Below, piece after piece: positions 18,038 to 28,649 of a DNA stretch of 64,000 bases. The notes beneath the pieces are model-generated. The model had not been told where the DNA came from, did not search any database, and saw nothing but the letters and a program-made list of their open reading frames with translations. Numbering within the stretch: the stretch's first letter is position 1; every line of letters starts with the position of its first letter. Source of the DNA: Macrostomum lignano (Eukaryota); NCBI GenBank assembly GCA_002269645.1, contig NIVC01002196.1, positions 1-64,000 of the forward strand, given 5' to 3'. The position numbers and the translations under genes were made by a program.

Positions 18038-18637
18038 GTCACAAAGCTGGCAGCAAATTGAAATTATTTTTTGCTTGCAAACTTCCACAGAGACCTCCGT
18101 CCGCTCCGTACTCGGCTGGCTCGGTGCAAACCAGACTCAAGTCTAAGAGTTTTTCAATTCTGTCCCAGGCCATATCTGTGCAAATCTAGGTTGCCTGAGC
18201 TGTCCTTTGGCGGAGGCGCGAGTTGCCTAACACTTAGCGACCTTCTTACTCTTGAAGCTACTGTGTCGGGTATTGGAGCCTTCTCAAAACAGCTCATTTC
18301 TAGACAGTGAGCAATCCACTCTCTTGCCAGCATTCATTGTACAAATTTAGTTTGCTGAATGCCCCCCTCCCCGTGAAGCGAAACAACCGTCAGCTAAAAA
18401 TGCAAGCAGCGCCGATCTCCTTCACTTGTCCAGTTCTGTTTACGCCATCGCAAAATAGCAACTAGAGAACTTTTGCGCTCGACTCTGCTAGTATTCTATC
18501 AGTTGAACTACTATTAGTAGGGTCCGACAGGAATCCACTGCAAAAGACGAATATTTTCGATTGGCTAGTTAATTACTTCTCTGTTATAAAATATTTGAAA
18601 TTTTTTTATTTTAAATGCGATTTTCCAAAATAGGATT

Positions 18638-18985
18638 CCTGAGATTTCCCCACTGAGATATTCCACTATGTGTTCCTTTGAGATTTCCCCACTGAGATTT
18701 CCCCTTCCTCGATGAGAGTTCCCCATTGAAATTTCCCCATTGAGATTTCCCCACTGAGATTTCCCCTACTGAGATCTCCCCACTGAGATTTCCACACTGA
18801 GATTTTCCCACTGAGATTTCCCCTACTGAGATCTCCCCACTGAGATTTCCCCTACTGAGATCTCCCCACTGAGATTTCCACACTGAGATTTTCCCACTGA
18901 GATTTCCCCTACTGAGATCTCCCCACTGAGATTTCCACACTGAGATTTGCCCACTGAGATTTGCCCACTGAGACTTCCTTAATGA
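18638..18985. repeat. 14-15-bp minisatellite (CACTGAGATTTCCC)n
   Basis: Tandem repeat with variants. Confidence 0.92.
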
Positions 18986-19035
18986 AATTTCCTCACTGAG
19001 AAGAATAGAGAACCAACTATCAACATTTGTAATTC

Positions 19036-19067
19036 GACGCGTTTCGCAATCCGTGGTGCATCTTCAG
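19036..19067 (-). ncRNA. Minimal hammerhead-ribozyme-like motif (Penelope-type)
   Basis: Minus strand CUGAAGA-U-GCA(CCACGGAU)UGC-GAAACGCGUC: conserved core, 3-bp stem II, palindromic stem III ACGCGU and a GUC triplet. Stem I is not evident. Confidence 0.4.
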
Positions 19068-19118
19068 GTTTATTTTAATAGAAGGAACAAAAAATGAGGC
19101 TGACGATAATAAATATTT

Positions 19119-19311
19119 GTGTGAGGCAAAAAGAAATTTTTTTATGAGTAATGAATTATTCTGTACAGTAAATTTGTCCGAAGATCAATAGGCAGGTCGG
19201 GGACGGAAATTTTGGCAGAGCAGTGCAAGTCCGTAGTTGGCTCAAACACGGACAAATTTACTGTACAGAATAATTCATTACTCATCAAAAAAATTTCTTT
19301 TTGCCTCACAC
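19119..19311. mobile_element. MITE-like foldback element (193 bp)
   Basis: Inverted arms of about 62 bp (19119-19180 and 19249-19311), identical apart from a 1-nt indel, around a 68-bp spacer. No clear TSD. Confidence 0.6.
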
Positions 19312-19914
19312 TGAGATCTCCCCTCTGAGATTTCCCAACGTCTGCTTGCTGGTTTCGATTCCCCAAAACGAGATCAAATTTTTCTCATTTCCATTTGCTG
19401 GACAATCTGTCGGGCTACCTGCTCATATTAGGAAAAGTTCACAATGTCCGAGCAGAACCTGCTTCAAGTCGAATAACTTGTTTTTTTGATAGTTTCTGAA
19501 GCTCCTTCGTGCCTGGCATCAGATTGAAGACCGGACTAAAAGCCAAAGCTTTTTTTACGGAAGCGTTTTCGATCCTTATTTCTGTCAGACACAAAAAAGA
19601 AATTAAAATAGCTTCATCATTGATTTTATAATCAAATTTTTGTCTATGAAGTCTTTAGAGTTCTAAGAATAGCGTTACTAGAAAGTCAGATTAAATACTT
19701 ACGAGTGAACCCATAAGAGGCCGTACTGTTCTGCATTTGTAATGATATCATTTCTCTATCTCTAGGTGGTATAATTGAGCTCATGGAAACTTTTAATGAA
19801 ATTTTCTCATAACGTTCGGTCTGTAAACGCAAAAAACTATTTAGCCATTTATAAGAATAGCAATCTGTCTATCCAACAGTCTGTGAATCTGTCACCTACT
19901 TTTCAGATTCCCCC

Positions 19915-20720
19915 CCACCCCAGTTCTAGAGTTAGCGCCTCCCCCGGTCCTAGAGTTAGCGCCTCCCCCGGTTCTAGCGTTGGCGCCTCCCCCCGGTTCT
20001 AGAGTTAGCGCCTCCCCCGGTTCTAGCGTTGGCGCCTCCCCCCGGTCCTAGAGTTAGCGCCTCCCCCGGTTCTAGCGTTGGCGCCTCCCCCCGGTTCTAG
20101 AGTTAGCGCCTCCCCCGGTTCTAGCGTTGGCGCCTTCCCCCGGTTCTAGAGTTAGCGCCTCCCCCGGTTCTAGAGTTAGCGCCTCCCCCGGTCCTAGAGT
20201 TAGCGCCTCCCCCGGTTCTAGAGTTAGCGCCTCCCCCGGTCCTAGAGTTAGCGCCTCCCCCGGTTCTAGAGTTAGCGCCTCCCCCGGTTCTAGAGTTAGC
20301 GCCTCCCCCGGTCCTAGAGTTAGCGCCTCCCCCGGTTCTAGAGTTAGCGCCTCCCCCGGTCCTAGAGTTAGCGCCTCCCCCGGTTCTAGAGTTAGCGCCT
20401 CCCCCGGTCCTAGAGTTAGCGCCTCCCCCGGTTCTAGCGTTGGCGCCTCCCCCCGGTTCTAGAGTTAGCGCCTCCCCCGGTCCTAGAGTTAGCGCCTCCC
20501 CCGGTTCTAGAGTTAGCGCCTCAACCGGTTCTAGCGTTGGCGCCTCCCCCGGTTCTAGAGTTAGCGCCTCCCCCCGGTTCTAGAGTTAGCGCCTCCCCCG
20601 GTTCTAGAGTTAGCGCCTCCCCCGGTTCTAGAGTTAGCGCCTCCCCCGGTTCTAGAGTTAGCGCCTCCCCCCGGTTCTAGAGTTAGCGCCTCCCCCGGTT
20701 CTAGCGTTGGCACCTCCCCC
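19915..20720. repeat. 24-bp minisatellite (GGTTCTAGAGTTAGCGCCTCCCCC)n
   Basis: Tandem repeat. Confidence 0.95.
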
Positions 20721-20729
20721 CGTTTCTAA

Positions 20730-21680
20730 GTCAGTCACTCTGTCAGTCTGTCAGTCTGTCACTCTGTCAGTCTGTCACTCTGTCAGTCTGTCACTCTGTC
20801 AGTCTGTCACTCTGTCAGTCTGTCACTCTGTCAGTCTGTCACTCTGTCAGTCTGTCAGTCTGTCACTCTGTCAGTCTGTCACTCTGTCAGTCTGTCACTC
20901 TGTCAGTCTGTCACTCTGTCAGTCTGTCACTCTGTCAGTCTGTCAGTCAATCTGTCACTCTGTAAGTCTGTCACTCTGTAAGTCTGTCACTTTGTCAACC
21001 TGTCACTTTGTCAACCTGTCACTTTGTCAACCTGTCACTTTGTCAACCTGTCACTTTGTCAACCTGTCACTTTGTCAACCTGTCACTTTGTCAACCTGTC
21101 ACTTTGTCAACCTGTCACTTTGTCAACCTGTCACTTTGTCAACCTGTCACTTTGTCAACCTGTCACTTTGTCAACCTGTCACTTTGTCAACCTGTCACTT
21201 TGTCAACCTGTCACTTTGTCAACCTGTCACTTTGTCAACCTGTCACTTTGTCAACCTGTCACTTTGTCAAACCGTCATTCTGTTTCTCTGTCACCTTGTC
21301 AGTATGTCAGTTCATCTGTTACTTTGTAAGTCTGTCACTCTGCAAGTCTGTCACTCTGCAAGTCTGTCACTCTGTAAGTCTGTCACTGTGTAAGTCTGTT
21401 ATTCTGTCAATCAAGTCAATCTGTCAACCTGTCACTCTGTCAGTCTGTTGGCTTGTCATTCTGTAATCTGTTATAATATCAGTCTGTCAGTCTTTGGCCT
21501 GTCACCTCTGTCAGTCTGTTGGCCTGTCACTCTGTCAGTCTGTTGGCCTGTCATTCTGTAATCTGTTATAATATCCCTCTGTCAATCTTTGGCCTGTCAC
21601 TCTGTCAGTCTTTGGCCTGTCACTCTGTCAGTATTTGGCCTGTCACTCTGTCAGTCTGTCATTCTGTAATTTGTCAGTCA
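20730..21680. repeat. 16-bp minisatellite (TCACTCTGTCAGTCTG / TCACTTTGTCAACCTG)n
   Basis: Two homogeneous blocks switching near 20990, decaying towards the 3' end. Confidence 0.93.
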
Positions 21681-21849
21681 ATTCATACTATCAATCTCCC
21701 CACCAGCAGACAGAATGCTTCTATTGGCAGAAGATTATCACACCAGAAAAAATCCATCCAACCAATTAGAAGACGTTCAAAAAATGCTACAAAAGCTCCT
21801 GACTTGAAGTGAAAAAATGGATCGATCTTCACTCCGCACCCCCATAAAA

Positions 21850-23968
21850 ATGAATGAAACCAGCCAGTCAAACACCTGGTGGCAGTGGCCGCGCCTTACA
21901 CCTGGCAAAATTGTCCAGCTGGTCATTCTAACTCTGGGCGTCATCGGTCACGTGACCTACGTGACTTTCCACTGCCGCTCGAGCTCGGCAGCCAGTCGAG
22001 TTCGAGTTACTCAGTCTGGCTTGTCCTGCCTTGACCTGCTGGTCTGCCTGATGGCAGCCTCGGCGCTGCTGGGCCTGACCTCGGCTCCGGCCTGGGTGCC
22101 GGCTGATGGCGAGGGGCTGGCGACAGCCTCGCACTGGCTTCTGTGCCGGCTGTGGCGCAGCAAAGTCGCCTACTGGTCGGCAGTGGCCGGCAGCGCCTTC
22201 GTGCTGACGTTTGTCAGCGCCGACCGTCTGGCCGCAGTTCGGTGGCCCTTCGCCTACAGGCGGCTGGGCGGCGCCAAGTAAATCTGGGCGTCTCCGCGCC
22301 CGGGCCTGGACTTGACGCCCCTCAGCCCTGGACTTGACGCCCCTCAGCCCTGGAGTTGGCGCCCCTCAGCCCTGGACTTGACGCCCCTCAGCCCTGGACT
22401 TGACGCCCCTCAGCCCTGGACTTGACGCCCCTCAGCCCTGGACTTGACGCCCCTCAGCCCTGGAGTTGGCGCCCCTCAGCCCTGGACTTGACGCCCCTCA
22501 GCCCTGGACTTGACGCCCCTCAGCCCTGGACTTGACGCCCCTCAGCCCTGGACTTGACGCCCCTCAGCCCTGGACTTGACGCCCCTCAGCCCTGGACTTG
22601 ACGCCCCTCAGCCCTGGACTTGACGCCCCTCAGCCCTGGAGTTGGCGCCCCTCAGCCCTGGACTTGACGCCCCTCAGCCCTGGACTTGACGCCCCTCAGC
22701 CCTGGACTTGACGCCCCTCAGCCCTGGACTTGACGCCCCTCAGCCCTGGACTTGACGCCCCTCAGCCCTGGACTTGACGCCCCTCAGCCCTGGAGTTGTT
22801 GCCCCTCAGTTCTGGAGTTGGCGCACCTCGGAATCCTAGAATCCCACCCTGGTCCTAGAGTTGGCGCCCCCCGGGTCCTAGAGTTGGCCCCCCCTCCCCG
22901 GGTCCTAGAGTTGGCGCCCCCCCGGTCCTAGAGTTGGCGCCCCCCCGGTCCTAGAGTTGGCCCCCTCCCCCCGGTCCTAGAGTTGGCCCCCTCCCCCGGT
23001 CCTAGAGTTGGCGCCCCCCGGTCCTAGAGTTGGCGCCCCCCGGTCCTAGAGTTGGCCCCCCTCCCCCCGGTCCTAGAGTTGGCGCCCCCCCCCCGGTCCT
23101 AGAGTTGGCGCCCCCCGGTCCTAGAGTTGGCCCCCTCCCCCGGTCCTAGAGTTGGCCCCCCCCGGTCCTAGAGTTGGCGCCCCCCGGTCCTAGAGTTGGC
23201 CCCCTCCCCCCGGTCCTAGAGTTGGCCCCCCCGGTCCTAGAGTTGGCCCCCTTCCCCCGGTTCTAGAGTTGCCCCCCCATTGGTACAGGAGTTGGCGCCC
23301 CCCCCCCCCCAGTCCTAGAGTTGGCGCCTAGATTTGTTATTTATAACGCTCCCTTACTTTTATTCCGTCGCCCCTGTATCAATTCATCAACCTGTCAGCG
23401 TATCAATCTCTGCGCCAATCTCAACCATCTCAGATCGGCTGGCGCGGGCATCGCGGCGCTAATCTTACTCGGCGCGGGAGCCGCGGCGCCCGTCTGCTTT
23501 TCCAGATTCCCGCTGGAGGGGCCAGAAGGCCTGATTGGCTGCGTGCGCATTTCGCCAAGCTGGTACGTGTACTACTCCTACGCCTGGGTCAGCGGCGTGT
23601 ACCTGCTGCCTGCGGCACTGCTGGTGGGCATCAACACCTGCCTGCTGGTGTCGCTGCGCCGGCAAGCCACAGACAGGTCCCAGCTGGTCAACAGGCTGAG
23701 CCTCGGCACCGTTGCTGTGTCAGCCGTGTTCGTGCTGTCCAACGGGCCTGACAACTGCCTGTTCGTGCTGTCCGAGCTGGGCATAGTGGAATACGCCGAG
23801 GGCAGCTGGGTCAAACTCCTGGGCGTCACCCTGGTGGCTGTGAATAGCGCCGCTAACCCTATTGTGTACTTTCTTATCTATCCGCCGTATCGGCAGTTTT
23901 TGTTCTCCTGCGGCTACCGCAGACAGCCGGGCAATGGGAGCCAGGGAGCCTCTGGTTCCCAGCGCTAA
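21850..23968 (+). CDS. Orphan rhodopsin-class (class A) GPCR, 2 exons (21850-22277 [or from 21817], 23434-23968; about 320 aa)
   Basis: Seven hydrophobic segments, N-terminal NET sequon, TM2 Asp (LSCLDLL), TM3 Cys and ADRL, TM5 Pro, TM7 NSAANPIVY. Phase-2 intron AA|gtaaat...ctcag|A keeps the frame. Confidence 0.85.
22305..23330. repeat. Compound minisatellite in the GPCR intron: 22-bp (GCCCTGGACTTGACGCCCCTCA)n then (GGTCCTAGAGTTGGCGCCCCCC)n
   Basis: Two related tandem arrays joined near 22820. Confidence 0.95.
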
Positions 23969-23982
23969 ATCCTGAACTGAAG

Positions 23983-24727
23983 ATCCCGTATTCTGTGACT
24001 GGAGATCCCGTATTCTGTAACTGGAGATCCCGTATTCTGTGACTGGAGATCCCGTATTCTGTAACTGGAGATCCCGTATTCTGTGACTGGAGATCCCGTA
24101 TTCTATAACTGGAGATCCCGTATTCTGTGACTGGAGATCCCGTATTCTGTGACTGGAGATCCCGTATTCTGTGACTGGAGATCCCGTATTCTGTGACTGG
24201 AGATCCCGTATTCTGTGACTGGAGATCCCGTATTCTGTGACTAGATGTCCCACATTATCTGTGACTAGATGTCTCACATTATCTGTGACTAGATGTCCCA
24301 CATTATCTGTGACTAGATGTCCCATATTATCTGTGACTAGATGTCCCACATTATCTGTGACTAGATGTCCCACATTATCTGTGACTAGATGTCCCACATT
24401 ATCTGTGACTAGATATCCCATATTATCCGTGACTAGATATCCCATATTATCCGTGACTAGATATCCCATATTATCTGTGACTAGATATCCCATATTATCT
24501 GTGACTAGATATCCCATATTATCTGTGACTTGATATCCTTTATTATTTGTGACTAGATGTCCCACATTATCTGTGACTAGATATCCCATATTATCCGTGA
24601 CTAGATATCCCATATTATCTGTGACTTGATATCCTTTATTATTTGTGACTTGATATCCTTTATTATTTGTGACTAGATATCCCATTTTTTCTGTGACTAG
24701 ATATCCCACGTTATCTGTGACTAGATA
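23983..24727. repeat. Compound minisatellite 3' of the GPCR stop: 22-bp (GGAGATCCCGTATTCTGTGACT)n then 24-bp (AGATGTCCCACATTATCTGTGACT)n
   Basis: Switch at about 24240. Confidence 0.95.
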
Positions 24728-25839
24728 TTCCCACCCAAATTATTAGATATTAGACAATATTTGACTAAATCTCTTACACTTTCTGTGAGAGATCCGAATT
24801 TCAATGCTGAGACCAGATATTCTCCATCCGCTAAACTAAGGATCTCAGATGCGAAATAATTTTGTAACTTAGCTGCAGGTGATTTTTTGGCAAGTTTTTT
24901 GTTATTTTCAGCTCTTTCAACCGTTGCTGGAAATAGTTCAGTTGGTAAAAATATTTGAGCACAGCAAATACGGTAGAGCATAGTGTTTGAGCATACTTTG
25001 AGAAGAAAGCTGTATTGGCACAGAATATTTCTTAACGCAAATATTAACAGAGATCTTACAATCTGGAGGGGTATCTGTCAGTCTAATCCGTAGCCTTGCA
25101 CACTGTACTACTAGATTCAGTAGCACATGTTGGAAGATGCGAGACATTTGTTTAAATTTTCAAGTTTGAAGTAAAGTAAAATTACTAATCGATAGCTTTG
25201 CGTTGAGTCACCCCGGGGCGTCACTCTGCGTTGCGTTGCGCAATCAATCGCTGTGGAAAATAGACCGAAGAACGCTGTTCTGAATCGCATATGCAATGCA
25301 AAACTTTGACTTGAGTCTTTGTTCCCAGTAGCTTAAGAAATGATGCCCGATTCGGTAACAAGTGGAAGTAACAGTTTGTATTGATTGATATGACTCAAAA
25401 AAGATTTTGCTAACGAACTTTAAAGAAAGAACGACGAAAAATAAATAAGATTCATTCTCGCAAACTTGGATTTGGATTTGGATTGATGCAGAAAACTACC
25501 TTGAATAAGGTATATGCGTATTTTAATCATTTTTTTTATTTTCCGAGTGCGCCAGATGCATGTACAAGCTGAGACATCCTGTTGACCAAATATTGTGTAC
25601 ATTAGAATCTCTGAGTTAGCGACTTCATTTACAGAATCTACTTTTTCTTCATTTATAATTACTTACTTCAAAATTTCTATTTTCAACTTATGTAATGTTC
25701 TTTGCCGCCATTAAATATTTTTACAAAGTTATTGCACAGATTTAAACAAATTATAATTAAACTTATAGTTGCTAAAGTTATTTACCATAAAGATATAGCG
25801 TCGGTAGTCGTAAATCTGCTTTGTTACCGAAGTGGATTG

Positions 25840-26233
25840 GTTATTGTTAGGGTTATTGTTAAGGTTATTGTTAGGGTTATTGTTAAGGTTATTGTTAGGG
25901 TTATTGTTAGGGTTATTGTTAAGGTTATTGTTAGGGCTATTGTTAAGGTTATTGTTAGGGTTATTGTTAGGGTTATTGTTAGGGTTATTGTTAAGGTTAT
26001 TGTTAGGGTTATTGTTAGGGTTATTGTTAAGGTTATTGTTAGGGTTATTGATAAGGTTATTGTTAAGGTTATTGTTAGGGTTATTGATAAGGTTATTGTT
26101 AAGGTTATTGTTAGGGTTATTGTTAAGGTTATTGTTAGGGTTAGGGTTAAAGTTATTGTTAGGGTTAGGGTTATTGTTAGGGTTAAGGCTAGGGTTGGGG
26201 TTAGGTTAGGGTTAGGGTTAAAGTTAGGGTTAG
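25840..26233 (+). repeat. Interstitial telomere-like array: (GGGTTATTGTTA)n grading into TTAGGG
   Basis: The 12-bp unit is TTAGGG+TTATTG. Exact TTAGGG doublets occur at the 3' end (e.g. 26135-26146). Confidence 0.85.
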
Positions 26234-27041
26234 CCCTCGCCGATATCCAATGTAAATGGCAACCGCATTGGTTTGAGATCAAATCCATCAACCAGTTTTA
26301 CACTGGGCCTATTATCCGCTGCCTGGGGTGGTGGAGTTCCCCTCCAGAATTGTATCAGGCCCGAGGCCTTGCTGCAAGGCTTGACCCTAGCCGTGCGCGC
26401 ATGCGAGGAGATGTGTCGCACCTGGTTGCACGCACAAATTGCTGCATGCATGCTTGGCTAAGCCCATGAGCCATCAATCACCGCGCCCAAAGTCCTATAA
26501 TCCCCAGGTCATACCCTATCCATACCTCCCAGCTCCCCGGGCGGGGCGCCCTCCCACAGGAATGGAAGCCCCTCTGTAGAGCCGATAGAAGACCTGCCAA
26601 GGAAGTGACGATCGATTCTAGAAGTTTCTTTGGTCCAGTAGAAATATATGCAGGCTTAGGGGGTTATAATCAGGATACCTTATCGACAGGTAAGGAATAT
26701 CCTACCGTACTGCCTTTAGCTAGGAATTCCGCAAGCCATGTACTGCCGCAATTCCGGACAGGTTGCAGTTAGCTGCAACTGGCTCAAAACTAGTTCGATT
26801 GAAACAGATCAAAGGCTCTCTTTCATTTTTTGCAAGGGATGACTAATTTTGCAAAAATTTGTGTTAGTCTTCAAAACCGTAGAAGTTTAAATAGTTGAGT
26901 ACATTAATAGGGACCCTGGAAATTGGTTGAATTAAATACTGAATGCAGATTAGCGTTGTATAATTTCAGATGACTGAAGATTTATCACATAGACTTCTCA
27001 TAGACAGGTGACAATTTGACCATTTTAGGCACATGATTTCT

Positions 27042-28165
27042 TGACGATAGACACATGATTGCTTGACGATAGACATGATTGCTTGATGATAGACACATGA
27101 TTGCTTGATGATAGACACATGATTGCTTGACCATAGACACATGATTGCTTGACGATAGACACATGATTGCTTGATGATAGACACATGATTGCTTGATGAT
27201 AGACACATGATTGCTTGACCATAGACACATGATTGCTTGACGATAGACACATGATTGCTTGACGATAGACACATGATTGCTTGACGATAGACACATGATT
27301 GCTTGATGATAGACACATGATTGCTTGATGATAGACACATGATTGCTTGACCATAGACACATGATTGCTTGATGATAGACACATGATTAATTGATGATAG
27401 ACACATGATTGCTTGACGATAGACACATGATTGCTTGATGATAGACACATGATTGCTTGATGATAGACACATGATTGCTTGACGATAGACACATGATTGC
27501 TTGACGATAGACACATGATTGCTTGACCATAGACACATGATTGCTTGATGATAGACACATGATTGCTTGATGATAGACACATGATTGCTTGACGATAGAC
27601 ACATGATTGCTTGATGATAGACACATGATTGCTTGACCATAGACACATGATTGCTTGATGATAGACACATGATTAATTGATGATAGACACATGATTGCTT
27701 GACGATAGACACATGATTGCTTGATGATAGACACATGATTGCTTGATGATAGACACATGATTGCTTGACGATAGACACATGATTGCTTGACGATAGACAC
27801 ATGATTGCTTGACCATAGACACATGATTGCTTGATGATAGACACATGATTGCTTGATGATAGACACATGATTGCTTGATGATAGACACATGATTGCTTGA
27901 TGATAGACACATGACTGCTTGACCATAGACACATGATTGGTTGACCATAGACACATGATTGCTTGATGATAGACACATGATTGCTTGACCATAGACACAT
28001 GATTGGTTGACCATAGACACATGATTGCTTGACCATAGACACATGATTGGTTGACCATAGACACATGATTGCTTGACCATAGACACATGATTGCTTGACC
28101 ATAGACACATGATTGCTTGATGCTTGATGATAGACACATGACTGCTTGATGCTTGATGATAGACA
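27042..28165. repeat. 22-bp minisatellite (GATAGACACATGATTGCTTGAT)n
   Basis: About 50 units. Confidence 0.96.
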
Positions 28166-28389
28166 CTGCACATTCTTGCCATTAGGCATTGCAAGAGGCA
28201 GACACAAGATGCTGATTGTTGCCAGGACACGATAAATACGAGCCATGCCACTCACTGTGCCCGCCAATCGTCATCAGCCCATACACGCCCTCAAGCCCCC
28301 ATTCCGTAAAAGTGCCGGCTCTGCCTTCCTCCCTCCCTCTCTCTCGTCGCCTCGGCATTGACGTGCGTGTGAGTGGGTGGGTGAGCTGG

Positions 28390-28393
<4 letters not shown>

Positions 28394-28438
<45 letters not shown>
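28394..28438. repeat. (GA)n microsatellite about 210 bp upstream of the NtA-gene ATG
   Basis: Dinucleotide run. Confidence 0.95.
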
Positions 28439-28441
<3 letters not shown>

Positions 28442-28649
28442 GCAGACCGGCACGTGCAGCCATTGACTGCAGGCGGAAGACGTGGACCAAACAAACTGGG
28501 CGATTTTCTCTCCCTGATCCCCCCAACCCCAGGCGCCCCTCTCTCCTGTAGCCGGAGCCAGTTATTTAACAAACCTTAGCACTTCTGCTCCCCCCTAACA
28601 CGCATCCATCTCCCACGCAGACACAGAGAGAGGCGATCGTGAGCTCATC

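Noticed and set aside
17682-18189. Mucin-like TNSTT / VVEF / PQT ORFs
   Set aside because: 15-bp repeat open in several frames, with no signal peptide or splice support.
23720-24709. 329-aa minus-strand ORF
   Set aside because: Minisatellite translation plus the antisense strand of the GPCR exon.
24721-25147. Coding-like minus-strand ORFs
   Set aside because: No recognisable family and no consistent exon boundaries.
25840-26233. True chromosome end
   Set aside because: Short, degenerate and flanked by unique sequence and genes on both sides.
26966-28267. 433-aa and overlapping Cys/Ser-rich ORFs
   Set aside because: 22-bp repeat lacking stops on one strand; not a plausible protein.
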